Assembly (NCBI GenBank): GCA_944392845.1
Contig: CALXYE010000132.1
Coordinates: 725-64,724, forward strand
DNA: 64,000 nt
Reading direction: 5' to 3'
Source of the DNA: an uncultured Alphaproteobacteria bacterium
GTDB taxonomy: Bacteria > Pseudomonadota > Alphaproteobacteria > CAAGCB01 > CAG-977
Position 1 is the stretch's first letter. Each line of letters begins with the position of its first letter. This document shows, in pieces, positions 30,520-39,734 of the stretch. The notes under the pieces were generated by a model. That model saw only the letters and a list, made by a program, of their open reading frames with translations. It did not search any database and was not told the DNA's origin. The position numbers and the translations under genes are program-made.

Positions 30520-31290
30520 TTAACGCGTATTTTCGTCCCGTTTGCGGATCTGCATTTGCATCCGCGCCCGTTTTACGCGTTCCGCCTTCATGGCCTGTCT
30601 GCCGGAATCATGTTCCCGTCTTTGTGCAGGTGAGCTATATTTACCCGTCCCGCGCAGACGGTCAATATTTATTTTCTTTCCGTCCAACGTAACGACCAAG
30701 TCTTTTTTGGCTTCGCGGTTTTTCAGATTGGCTTTGACCTTCGCGCGCCCCTGTTTGCGCAGGCGGTCAAGCTTTGCTTGCAACAGGCGGTCGGTCTTGC
30801 GTTCGCTGGGGCGTCTGGTGCGCCGTTTCCTTTTTGATTTGCCCAGGACCTCCAAATCTTTTTTCTTGCCTTTCAGCGGGTTTCTTTTTCCGACCAATGT
30901 CCGCGACATTTGAGCGCGTTCCAATTCGCTGTAAGACAGGGCGCCGTCGATTCCCAAGCGTTTTTCCTGATTCAATATGTTGTTTCTGATGTCCAGACCC
31001 TCGCGAATCTGGCGCTCGACGGTCAGGCGTTCCTGTTCCAACGATTTCTTGGAAGCATTTTCGCTTTCCCTATTTATATCGCGGTTGATTTTTTCGGCAT
31101 GGGCGCGTTCTTCCGCGCGGCGGGCCGCCTTTTCGTCGCGGTACAAAACCGCGTCGCTGCGCGCCGTGTTGTCAAAGACGCCGCCCTCCTGCCGCTTACG
31201 CAGAGCGGCGGGATTGATCCGCTTTTGGATCCATCCCATTTCTTCGCGGGAAAAATCGATGCGAGGACGTTTTCTTTGATTGTTTTCCAT
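30520..31290 (-). CDS. Highly charged Lys/Arg/Glu-rich coiled-coil protein, unknown function
   Basis: 256 aa, about 40% charged residues, with basic clusters (KGKKKD, KSKRKRRTRRPSERK). No TM segment or signal peptide. Confidence 0.5.
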   Translation of the reverse strand: MENNQRKRPRIDFSREEMGWIQKRINPAALRKRQEGGVFDNTARSDAVLYRDEKAARRAEERAHAEKINRDINRESENASKKSLEQERLTVERQIREGLDIRNNILNQEKRLGIDGALSYSELERAQMSRTLVGKRNPLKGKKKDLEVLGKSKRKRRTRRPSERKTDRLLQAKLDRLRKQGRAKVKANLKNREAKKDLVVTLDGKKINIDRLRGTGKYSSPAQRREHDSGRQAMKAERVKRARMQMQIRKRDENTR

Positions 31291-31401
31291 TTTTCTAACC
31301 TTTCAAAATGCTTTCTTAGCACAATTTTATTTTACACAAATCAAAGTGAAAAATAAATATTTTTCCGAAAATTTTGACAAAAATAAATCAAGAGGAGCAT
31401 T

Positions 31402-33984
31402 TCAGCGCAAGGGCAGAAGGATGCGCGTTTCTTTCGCGCCGTTCCTGTCCGATTTTTCCAGCCGGCCGCCGTGCATTTCAACCAGACTGCGGATCAATGT
31501 TTCCGCGAAGCCCTCGCCCGAAGGGGGAGGCGTTTCGGGGCGCCCTTCCAGATCGAGAGAGGATTCGGAAATGCTGATGCAGAGTTGTCTTTCGCCGTTT
31601 TCCTTTTTTTGTTCCGCTTTTAAAACGACGGTTCCGCCCTTATACGACGAATCAAGGGCATCGTTTAAAAGGAAAAACAAAACCTGCTTCAGCCGTTTTT
31701 TATCGGCGCCGAGCGGCGGAAAAGATTTGGGGCAATGCGTTTTCAGCGTGATGCTCCGGGCTTTCGCCTTTTCTTTAACGGCGTTTGCGGCGGTTTTTAT
31801 CAGCTCGGGAACGTTGACGGATTCCAGCTCAAGAACGTTTGAGCCCGCCTTGATCAGCGCCAAATCCGTCATGTCTTCCAGCAGTGACCGCAGCATTTCC
31901 GAAGCGTTTTTCAGTTTTTGCAAGGCCGTTTTTTCTTCTTTGGTTCGGGATTTGGGATTTCCCGCCGCCAGAGTTGCCGATGCTTCGCTCAGGGCGTCCA
32001 AAGGCGCGCGCATTTCCGATTTCAGCTCTTTGACAAAAGAGGATCGCAATTCGTCCGCCTGAACGGCCGTTTGCCTGTAGCGCGACAACAAATCTTCCTT
32101 TTCCGTTAAAAGGGCGGAGTTCCGCTCTTCGTTCGATACGTCGAAGAAAGAAACGAACGTGCCGCCGTCGGGAAGGGCGACGGCATTGAATTCGATCGTT
32201 TTTCCGTCGGGACGCAGGATCTGGAAAAATTCGCCCGTATGAGAGGTAACGACGCCTAAAAGCTGTTCTTTCAGGGCTTCCCAGTCGCCGTCGTTTTCAA
32301 AAAAGCTCTTTTGGTGTTCGATAAGTTCCGTTACGGAAGGCGGCGTTTTTCTGTAATCGGGGGGCGTAAAATTCCACAATCGGGCATAAGCTTTGTTCGC
32401 CAGGCGTAATCGTCCGTTGCTGCCGAAGACCAAAATACCTTCGCGCATTTGATTGATCAGCATGCATTGCGTTTCGCTCAGAACCGTCATGGAACGCTCC
32501 ATGCTCAGGTGTCCCGTGACGTCTTCGTATGTGATCAGCAACCCGCCCAGAGGATGCGGAGTCAGCATGCGGCGCAACGTCATGCCCGAAGGCAGATGCA
32601 TGATGTCTTCTTTGGCGGACACGAGCGTTGAAAAATATCGCAGTTCCTGAGTTTTATACGCGCGAAAATCCCTGTTTTCGGGCAGACGCCGTTTTTCGCG
32701 CAAGAGATCCAAAAAAGCGGAATACGTCGGCGATCCGTCCAACCATTCTTCTTCCAGATCCCACAGGCGCAGGAAGGAAGTGTTGTAAAACTGCAGGCGC
32801 ATATCCATGTTGAATACGGCGATGGCCGTTTTCAAATGTTCCAGAACGCCGTTATGGGAATCGATGTGGTTTTGCAGCTCTTCCCTCAAATCCTGTTCCG
32901 TCGTAACGTCGCGAATGAAGCCGAGCGTGCGGCTTCTGAACGTGTCTGTTTCGGGCGGCAGGGGGATTTCGGAAACTTCGATGCGTTTCCTTTTTCCGCC
33001 AATGACGACGAATTCGGCGGCTTTGTGTTCTTTGCCCGAAGCGCGGGCGGCGGCGGCAAGAATGCGCGCTTCTCTGGGGGATTTTTCGTAAACGAGTTCT
33101 CCACCCGTCAGGACGGCCTGTTCGGTTGAAGGGGCGTTGACGGCGCGGGCGTAGGCGGGATTGCAAAACACGATCTGCAGGTCTTCGTTCCTCATCCACG
33201 CAGGGAAGGGCAAAGCGTCGAAAGCCTGCTCCAAAAACGCGCGGCGTTTTTTCTGTTCGCCGCATTCCGCGCTCAGCTCCCTGTATTTTTTTTCTTCCTC
33301 CGTAACGTCCCGCACCCAAATGATGTCCAGCAAAGGGCGTTCGTTCTCCGCCGTTTGGCGAAATCCGCCAATCAGATAAGCCGCCGTTTCGGAGACGTTT
33401 TTCGCTTCTATGGAAAATGCGGAGCCGTCATCGCGCATTTGACGCAACGCTTCGGAAAGAGCTTCCGCATCCTCGAGGCGGAAACGCTCCGTCAGCGCTT
33501 CGAAGGGGGAATCGAACCCGCCGCTTAATCCCAACATGACGGCCAGCCGCCGCGAACAGAGCGTTTTTGTCAAAAAGCCGACCTCGTCATATATCCACAT
33601 ATAGCATCCGTCGGGCAGGGCTTCCAAAGCTTCTTCGCAAACATGCAGGGAACTTTTCGCGCGCCGCAACTTTTTTTTCGCGCGCAACAGGCGAACGGCA
33701 AGAAAAACGGACAGTATTAAAGGAAAAACAAAGACGGCGGCCAGCGTTTTCGGGTAAAAAAACGCCGGCCAGAATACTTTTGAAATAAGCAATCCGCTTT
33801 CCGTCATATACAAAAAATAGCGTGAACGAATCCAAACGGAAAGGAAAATTTCAAAATTTAACACATAAGGCAATTGAAACATATTCTTTTGCATTTCTAT
33901 TGATTTTTTGATACAAGATACTATTCTCTTAAAATGAGAGCGTGGCCTGACGGCGTTTTCGTCGGACGGATTTTTTCCCGACAA
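31402..33984 (-). CDS. Multi-PAS sensor histidine kinase
   Basis: N-terminal TM helices, several PAS-like repeats, HisKA and a C-terminal HATPase_c. The true start is probably internal (e.g. MTESGLLIS). Confidence 0.8.
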   Translation of the reverse strand: MSGKNPSDENAVRPRSHFKRIVSCIKKSIEMQKNMFQLPYVLNFEIFLSVWIRSRYFLYMTESGLLISKVFWPAFFYPKTLAAVFVFPLILSVFLAVRLLRAKKKLRRAKSSLHVCEEALEALPDGCYMWIYDEVGFLTKTLCSRRLAVMLGLSGGFDSPFEALTERFRLEDAEALSEALRQMRDDGSAFSIEAKNVSETAAYLIGGFRQTAENERPLLDIIWVRDVTEEEKKYRELSAECGEQKKRRAFLEQAFDALPFPAWMRNEDLQIVFCNPAYARAVNAPSTEQAVLTGGELVYEKSPREARILAAAARASGKEHKAAEFVVIGGKRKRIEVSEIPLPPETDTFRSRTLGFIRDVTTEQDLREELQNHIDSHNGVLEHLKTAIAVFNMDMRLQFYNTSFLRLWDLEEEWLDGSPTYSAFLDLLREKRRLPENRDFRAYKTQELRYFSTLVSAKEDIMHLPSGMTLRRMLTPHPLGGLLITYEDVTGHLSMERSMTVLSETQCMLINQMREGILVFGSNGRLRLANKAYARLWNFTPPDYRKTPPSVTELIEHQKSFFENDGDWEALKEQLLGVVTSHTGEFFQILRPDGKTIEFNAVALPDGGTFVSFFDVSNEERNSALLTEKEDLLSRYRQTAVQADELRSSFVKELKSEMRAPLDALSEASATLAAGNPKSRTKEEKTALQKLKNASEMLRSLLEDMTDLALIKAGSNVLELESVNVPELIKTAANAVKEKAKARSITLKTHCPKSFPPLGADKKRLKQVLFFLLNDALDSSYKGGTVVLKAEQKKENGERQLCISISESSLDLEGRPETPPPSGEGFAETLIRSLVEMHGGRLEKSDRNGAKETRILLPLR

Positions 33985-34075
33985 GTCATAAAACGCTTGA
34001 TTTTATGCTCTTATCTACGATAGGATGCACCGCTACCCTTGACAGGGGTAAAGGAATAAACAAGAGAGGCTCATT

Positions 34076-34579
34076 ATGAATAAAGTAGTCAGAAGATCAT
34101 CCCGCGGACGTACCGAAGACGGATCTCCCAATCCGATCGACGTCCATGTCGGGTCCAGAGTAAAACTGCGCCGCACGCTGTTGGGCTTGAGTCAGGAAAA
34201 GCTGGGCGAGGCCATCGGACTGACGTTCCAGCAGGTGCAGAAGTATGAACGCGGACTGAATCGCATCGGCGCCAGCCGTTTGTTCGATATCAGCAAGGTT
34301 TTGGAAGTGCCTATCGGCTTTTTCTTTGAGGAAATGAACGAAGGCGTTGCGGAACGCAGCCCCCGCAAACTGGCCGGCGCCGTCGGTCTGGCCGAGGAAC
34401 CCGCAAATTTCCATTACGATCCGATGAGCAAACGCGAAACGCTGGAGCTGGTTCGCGCTTATTATAAAATTCAGGATCGCACGGTTGCCCGCAAGGTGTT
34501 TGAGCTTGTCAAATCCCTGGCGAAATCCTGCGCTGACGAAGTTGAAGGCGAAGAAGGCGAAAACGAAGGAAATTCATAA
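34076..34579 (+). CDS. XRE-family helix-turn-helix transcriptional regulator
   Basis: LRRTLLGLSQEKLGEAIGLTFQQVQKYERGLNRI HTH_XRE motif. Conserved upstream of metK in alphaproteobacteria. Confidence 0.8.
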   Translation: MNKVVRRSSRGRTEDGSPNPIDVHVGSRVKLRRTLLGLSQEKLGEAIGLTFQQVQKYERGLNRIGASRLFDISKVLEVPIGFFFEEMNEGVAERSPRKLAGAVGLAEEPANFHYDPMSKRETLELVRAYYKIQDRTVARKVFELVKSLAKSCADEVEGEEGENEGNS

Positions 34580-34594
34580 GCCGGTATAAAAGTC

Positions 34595-34623
34595 TTTGCA
34601 AAACGCCCTCCGTGTTTTATACA
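34595..34623 (+). promoter_or_regulatory. Putative metK promoter (TTTGCA-N17-TATACA)
   Basis: Near-consensus sigma70 hexamers with 17-nt spacing, ~40 nt upstream of the metK RBS AGGAG. Confidence 0.4.
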
Positions 34624-34642
34624 TAGGGGGCGTTATTATTTT
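34602..34642 (+). terminator. Terminator hairpin of the HTH regulator gene (9-bp stem incl. one G-U, 15-nt loop, then AUUAUUUU)
   Basis: AACGCCCUC ... GGGGGCGUU pairing, seen directly in the sequence. Confidence 0.5.
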
Positions 34643-34661
34643 GGACATGAGGAGTACATTT

Positions 34662-35831
34662 ATGCAGAAAAGTTATCTTTTCACCAGTGAATCCGTATCC
34701 GAAGGGCATCCCGACAAAGTATGCGACGGTATTTCCGACGCGCTCTTGGATCTTTTTCTTTCCGTCGACCCGCAAGCCCGCGCCGCCGTCGAAACCGTGG
34801 CGACGACCGACAGGGTCGTTTTGTGCGGCGAATTTCGCTTGCCCGATACTTTTGACGGATCAAAAATCGAAGAAACCGTTCGCGCCAAGGTACGCGACAT
34901 CGGCTATGAAGGCGCGGGATTCGATTGGCGGACGCTGACGCTTGAAAATTATATGCACGCCCAATCCGCCGACATCGCCATGGGCGTTGACGCTTCCGAA
35001 ACAAAGGAAGAAGGCGCGGGCGACCAAGGCATAATTTTCGGTTATGCGTCAAACGAACTGGCGGGACAGGAATTGATGCCGGCTCCCGTCGCGCTTTCTC
35101 ATAAAATATTAAAAGAATTGGCTCGTATGCGCCGGTCGGGAGAAGTCGGTTGGCTGCGTCCCGACGCGAAAAGTCAGGTAACGTTGCGTTATGAAAACGA
35201 TATTCCCGTTGATGTGGATACGGTAGTCGTTTCGACGCAGCACGACGACAAAGTTTCTTATGAAGAAATTCGTGAAACGGTTCGCGGCGTCGTTAAAAAA
35301 GTTATGCCCGAAGGCTGGTTTCCCGCCGAAAATAAATTTTACGTCAATCCGACGGGGCGTTTCGTGATCGGCGGCCCCGACGGCGATACGGGGCTGACGG
35401 GACGCAAGATCATCGTCGATACTTACGGCGGCGCGGTGGCGCACGGCGGCGGCGCCTTTTCGGGAAAGGACCCGACGAAGGTTGACCGTTCGGCGGCGTA
35501 CGCGACGCGTTATCTGGCAAAAAACATCGTTGCGGCGGGGCTGGCGGACAAGGCGCTGATACAAGTGGCTTACGCCATCGGCATTGCCAAACCTTTGGCG
35601 GTCTACCTCAATACGTTCGGGACGGCAAAGGTTGACGAAGCCCGTCTGACGGCGATGCTTCCCGAAGTGATGGATCTGAGCCCGCGCGGCATCCGTACGC
35701 ATTTAAAGCTGAACCGTCCGATTTATTCCGCGACCTCTTCTTACGGCCATTTCGGGCGCGTTCCCGACGTTGAGGGCGCCTTTCCTTGGGAAAAAACGGA
35801 TTTGGCGGAAACGTTGAAGGCAGCCTTTTGA
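34662..35831 (+). CDS. metK: S-adenosylmethionine synthetase
   Basis: [23 protein letters not shown]-terminus and the [19 protein letters not shown] signature. Confidence 0.95.
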   Translation: MQKSYLFTSESVSEGHPDKVCDGISDALLDLFLSVDPQARAAVETVATTDRVVLCGEFRLPDTFDGSKIEETVRAKVRDIGYEGAGFDWRTLTLENYMHAQSADIAMGVDASETKEEGAGDQGIIFGYASNELAGQELMPAPVALSHKILKELARMRRSGEVGWLRPDAKSQVTLRYENDIPVDVDTVVVSTQHDDKVSYEEIRETVRGVVKKVMPEGWFPAENKFYVNPTGRFVIGGPDGDTGLTGRKIIVDTYGGAVAHGGGAFSGKDPTKVDRSAAYATRYLAKNIVAAGLADKALIQVAYAIGIAKPLAVYLNTFGTAKVDEARLTAMLPEVMDLSPRGIRTHLKLNRPIYSATSSYGHFGRVPDVEGAFPWEKTDLAETLKAAF

Positions 35832-35846
35832 TACGGGAAGGGGCGA

Positions 35847-36590
35847 ATGGAAACTCAGAACTATAAGGAAAACCGTTTTTACGGCAGGAGGAAGGGGAAA
35901 AAACTGAAAGCCTCCCGCGTTGTTCTTTTGGAAGCTTTTCTGCCGAAGGTTCGGTTGCGTTCGTTCGGGGACGGCGAAACGGTTAATCCTGCGGACGAGT
36001 TTTCTTTTTCGCCGAACGAAGTTTGGCTTGAGGTCGGTTTCGGCGGCGGCGAGCATCTGGCGGAACAATCCCGCCGCCGTCCCGAAACGGGTTTCATCGG
36101 CGCAGAGGTTTTCGTGAACGGCGTGACGAGCCTGCTGGCGCATTTGAGCGGGACGGAAGGCAAGGGAAACCTTGCTCCCGAAAACGTCGGGCTTGCGGAC
36201 GGGCGTACCGATAACGTCCGCGTTTACGACGAAGACGTCAGGGATCTGTTTCCGCATTTTAAGGACGGTTCTTTTGACCGTATTTACGTTCTTTTTCCCG
36301 ATCCGTGGCCGAAAAGGAAGCATTGGGGGCGCCGCTTCATCGGGCCGAAGAATCTTCCCGTTTTGTCGCGCTTGCTAAAGTCGGGCGGCGAATTGCGCGT
36401 TGCCAGCGACGATATGAAATATATCCGCTGGTCTTTGGAACATCTGATGAAATCGCAGGATTTCGAATGGACGGCGGAACGGGCGGACGATTGGCGGAAA
36501 CCTCCCGCCGACTGGGTGCCGACGCGCTACGAACAAAAAGCGCTGGCTCAAGGGAAAAAGCCCGTTTATCTGACGTTTAGGCGTAAATAG
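35847..36590 (+). CDS. trmB: tRNA (guanine46-N7)-methyltransferase
   Basis: FGGGEHL SAM-binding motif and FPDPWPKRKH motif. Confidence 0.9.
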   Translation: METQNYKENRFYGRRKGKKLKASRVVLLEAFLPKVRLRSFGDGETVNPADEFSFSPNEVWLEVGFGGGEHLAEQSRRRPETGFIGAEVFVNGVTSLLAHLSGTEGKGNLAPENVGLADGRTDNVRVYDEDVRDLFPHFKDGSFDRIYVLFPDPWPKRKHWGRRFIGPKNLPVLSRLLKSGGELRVASDDMKYIRWSLEHLMKSQDFEWTAERADDWRKPPADWVPTRYEQKALAQGKKPVYLTFRRK

Positions 36591-36911
36591 ATGAAATATT
36601 CGGTCAAGGCGACGGCAACCGAGCGCGAATTTAAACTTGTCGGCGATTTTTCCGCCGCGGACGAGGGAATTTTTTTCGACATTTTTATGCAAATTCGCCG
36701 TCAACCCGAACCGCAAACGGTTTTTGAGCTTTCCGAATGTTCTTCGGTTGACGCCGCGGCGGCGGGAATGCTGATCGTCGCATGCGAAGAAGCGGCGAAG
36801 CGGAACCTGATCCGCGTTTTGCGCAACGTCCCGGAAAACATTCGGGAATTTTTGGTTACGTCGGGGCTGGGGGCGTATTATCATTTTCAGGACTCCGAAA
36901 AAAGGACTTGA
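36591..36911 (+). CDS. STAS-domain protein (anti-sigma-factor antagonist-like)
   Basis: 106 aa with a SpoIIAA-like pattern (FELSECSSVDAAAAGML ... VLRNVPENIREFLVTSGL). Confidence 0.5.
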   Translation: MKYSVKATATEREFKLVGDFSAADEGIFFDIFMQIRRQPEPQTVFELSECSSVDAAAAGMLIVACEEAAKRNLIRVLRNVPENIREFLVTSGLGAYYHFQDSEKRT

Positions 36912-36979
36912 TTCCCGTTAAGGCGTTTGGTACAACTCTTGACAGATACATTCTTATGGTCCGATACGGAGTTGTGAGG

Positions 36980-37006
36980 GTGGGCTGAAAAGCCCGCTTT
37001 TTTTTA
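36980..37006 (+). terminator. Rho-independent terminator (GUGGGCU-GAAA-AGCCCGC + U8)
   Basis: 7-bp stem with a GAAA tetraloop and a U-tract, downstream of the trmB/STAS operon. Confidence 0.7.
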
Positions 37007-37028
37007 TACCGAAGGCAGGAGAAAAGCG

Positions 37029-37523
37029 TTGACGCTGAACGAAAAATTGAATGCTTTGTTTGAACCCGTGTTCAACGGGATGGGATATGATATCGTTCGT
37101 TTGATGCTCAGCGGCGGCGAAAAGCGCAAAACTTTGCAGGTCATGGCGGAACGCAGGGACGGAAAGCCGATGACGGTTGAGGACTGCGCCGATCTGAGCC
37201 GAGCGATTTCTCCGATTTTGGACGAAGAAGATCCGATTGAAGGCAATTATTCCTTGGAGGTCAGCTCTCCCGGGCTTGACCGCCCTTTGGTGAAACTTGC
37301 CGATTTTGAAAGATTCAAAGGTTTTGAAGCCAAAGTCGAAACCTCCGTTCTTTTGAACGGGCGCAAACGGTTTTCCGGGCGCTTGCGGGGAACGGACGGA
37401 GAAGACGTCGTTTTGGCGTTTGAAGGCGAAGACATAAAAATTCCTTTCGCCGACATTGCCAAGGCGAAACTTTTGCTGACGGACGAGCTGATCGAGGCTT
37501 TCGCGCCGTCGGACGACGAATAA
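37029..37523 (+). CDS. rimP: Ribosome maturation factor RimP
   Basis: TTG start. SSPGLDRPL motif. Conserved position upstream of nusA. Confidence 0.85.
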   Translation: MTLNEKLNALFEPVFNGMGYDIVRLMLSGGEKRKTLQVMAERRDGKPMTVEDCADLSRAISPILDEEDPIEGNYSLEVSSPGLDRPLVKLADFERFKGFEAKVETSVLLNGRKRFSGRLRGTDGEDVVLAFEGEDIKIPFADIAKAKLLLTDELIEAFAPSDDE

Positions 37524-37545
37524 TTTGTTTAAGGAAAGACTGAAC

Positions 37546-39081
37546 ATGGAACATACGGCAGCTTTACCGCGTCCCGAACTTTTGCAGGTCGCCGATGCGG
37601 TCGCCCGCGACAAGGGCATTGAAAAAGACGAAGTCCTGACGGCGATGGAATTCGCCATCCAAAAGGCCGGGCGTTCGAAATACGGCCAGGAACACGATAT
37701 CCGCGCGACGATTGACCGCAAAACGGGCGAAATTCGTTTGGCGCGTTACGTCGAGGTCGTCGAAGGCCCCGAAAACGTCGAAAACGAAGCGGCCCAGATC
37801 ATTTTGGCGGACGCCGTCAAAAAAGACCCGTCCCTGAAGGTCGGCGACTTTATCATTGATCCCCTGCCTCCGATTGATGATTTCGGGCGCATTGCGGCCC
37901 AGACGGCAAAACAGGTTATCGTTCAGAAGGTTCGCGACGCCGAACGCCTGCGCCAGTATAACGAATACAAGGATCGCGTCGGCGAGATCTGCAACGGCAT
38001 CGTCAAACGCGTCGAAGGCGGTAACGTCATCGTTGACATGGGCCGCGCCGAGGCTCTGTTGCGTCGCGACGAATTGATTCCCCGCGAAATATTCCATAAC
38101 GGCGACCGCATCCGCGCTTATATTATGGACGTCCGTCAGGAACCCCGCGGCCCGCAGATCTTCCTGTCCCGCACGCATCCCCAGTTTATGGCGAAGCTGT
38201 TCGCTCAGGAAGTTCCCGAAATATATGACGGCGTGATCGAGGTCAAGGCCGTTGCCCGCGATCCCGGTTCCCGCGCAAAGATGGCGGTTACGGCGACGGA
38301 TTCTTCCATTGATCCCGTCGGCGCGTGCGTCGGCATGCGCGGCGTGCGCGTTCAGGCCGTCGTAACCGAGTTGCAGGGCGAAAAAGTTGACATTATCCAA
38401 TGGTCTCCCGACGCGGCGACGTTCATTGTCAACGCTTTGGCGCCCGCCGAAGTCGTCAAGGTCGTTCTGGACGAGGAAGCTCACCGCATTGAAGTCGTCG
38501 TTCCCGACGACCAGCTGTCTTTGGCGATCGGCCGCCGCGGTCAGAACGTCCGTCTGGCTTCTCAGCTGACGGGCTGGTACATTGATATTCTGACGGAGGC
38601 CGAAGAATCCGAACGCCGCCAGAGCGAAGCCAAAGTCCGTACCCGGATGTTTATGGACGCTTTGGACGTCGACGATATGATCGCGCATCTGTTGGTCGCC
38701 GAAGGCTTTACTTCCGTTGAGGAAGTCGCTTTCGTTCCCACGGAGGACATCTCTTCCATTGAAGGGTTTGACGAAGATTTGGCGGCGGAGCTGCAAAACC
38801 GCGCCAAGGCATTCGTTGAAAAGCAAAACGCCGAATTCGCCGTTAAGAGCAAAGAACTCGGCGTTGACGAAAGCCTGATCAATTTTGAAGGGCTGACGCA
38901 GGCAATGATCGTCAAGCTGGCGGAAAAAGGCATCAAGACGCTGGATGATTTCGCCGATCTGGCGAACGACGAGCTGTTGGACATTCTGGGCGAAGACACG
39001 ATGACCGCCCACGATGCCGACGCATTGATCATGAAGGCGCGGGAGCACTGGTTTGACGAAGACGGCAACCCCAAAGCCTGA
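37546..39081 (+). CDS. nusA: Transcription termination/antitermination factor NusA
   Basis: S1 and KH domains and C-terminal acidic repeats. Start set at the ATG preceded by AAGGAAAG. Confidence 0.95.
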   Translation: MEHTAALPRPELLQVADAVARDKGIEKDEVLTAMEFAIQKAGRSKYGQEHDIRATIDRKTGEIRLARYVEVVEGPENVENEAAQIILADAVKKDPSLKVGDFIIDPLPPIDDFGRIAAQTAKQVIVQKVRDAERLRQYNEYKDRVGEICNGIVKRVEGGNVIVDMGRAEALLRRDELIPREIFHNGDRIRAYIMDVRQEPRGPQIFLSRTHPQFMAKLFAQEVPEIYDGVIEVKAVARDPGSRAKMAVTATDSSIDPVGACVGMRGVRVQAVVTELQGEKVDIIQWSPDAATFIVNALAPAEVVKVVLDEEAHRIEVVVPDDQLSLAIGRRGQNVRLASQLTGWYIDILTEAEESERRQSEAKVRTRMFMDALDVDDMIAHLLVAEGFTSVEEVAFVPTEDISSIEGFDEDLAAELQNRAKAFVEKQNAEFAVKSKELGVDESLINFEGLTQAMIVKLAEKGIKTLDDFADLANDELLDILGEDTMTAHDADALIMKAREHWFDEDGNPKA

Positions 39082-39715
39082 CTTTGAAAACGGGGAGGCT
39101 TCCGCAATCTCGGAAGCCTCTTTGAAGGCGGATAAGGCGGAAACGGTCAGGCGCTGCATCGTTTCGGGAAAAACCTTTCCGAAACGGGAGCTGATCCGTT
39201 TTTGCGTATCTCCCGACCGCGAGCTTGTCCCCGATTTGGCAAACAAACTTCCCGGAAGGGGAATATGGGTGCGCGCGGACGCCGACGCGGTGCAAACCGC
39301 AATGACAAAAGGCTTGTTTGCAAAGGCGGCGGGGAGTAAAGTAACTTACCCGGACGACTTGGTTGAACGGGTGCGGGCGCTTTTCCGACGCCGTTGCGCG
39401 GATTTGCTCGGCGTGGCGAAAAAGGCGGGACTGGTCGTTTCGGGCTTTGAGAAAGTCGCGGACGCCCTGCGAAAGGGTAAACTGGCCTGGTTGTTAGAGG
39501 CCGAGGACGGCGCGGACGACGGCAGGGAAAAGATTCTCCGTTTGGCAAAGGACGTTTCCGTTCTTTACTTTTTGTCAAGCGGGGAAACGGCTCATGCCTT
39601 GGGGCGGGAGCACGGCATCCATACGGGACTGAAGCCCGGCGGCGCAACGGACGCGTTTATCGCCGAAGCAAAGCGGTGTATGGCTTTTGAAAAGAAACGA
39701 ACGTTTAACGATTGA
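39053..39715 (+). CDS. YlxR/DUF448 RNA-binding protein fused to L7Ae-like domain
   Basis: [18 protein letters not shown] ... GRGIWV (DUF448), then an L7Ae-like C-terminus. Start codon uncertain (TTG candidates). Confidence 0.6.
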   Translation: MTKTATPKPDFENGEASAISEASLKADKAETVRRCIVSGKTFPKRELIRFCVSPDRELVPDLANKLPGRGIWVRADADAVQTAMTKGLFAKAAGSKVTYPDDLVERVRALFRRRCADLLGVAKKAGLVVSGFEKVADALRKGKLAWLLEAEDGADDGREKILRLAKDVSVLYFLSSGETAHALGREHGIHTGLKPGGATDAFIAEAKRCMAFEKKRTFND

Positions 39716-39734
39716 ATATAGAGGCTTGTTCAGA

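Noticed and set aside
34583-34661. SAM-II/SAM-V riboswitch upstream of metK
   Set aside because: No conserved SAM-II core (AAAGCU/pseudoknot-forming U-tract) is present. The only structure is a simple terminator-like hairpin that lies mostly upstream of the predicted TSS.
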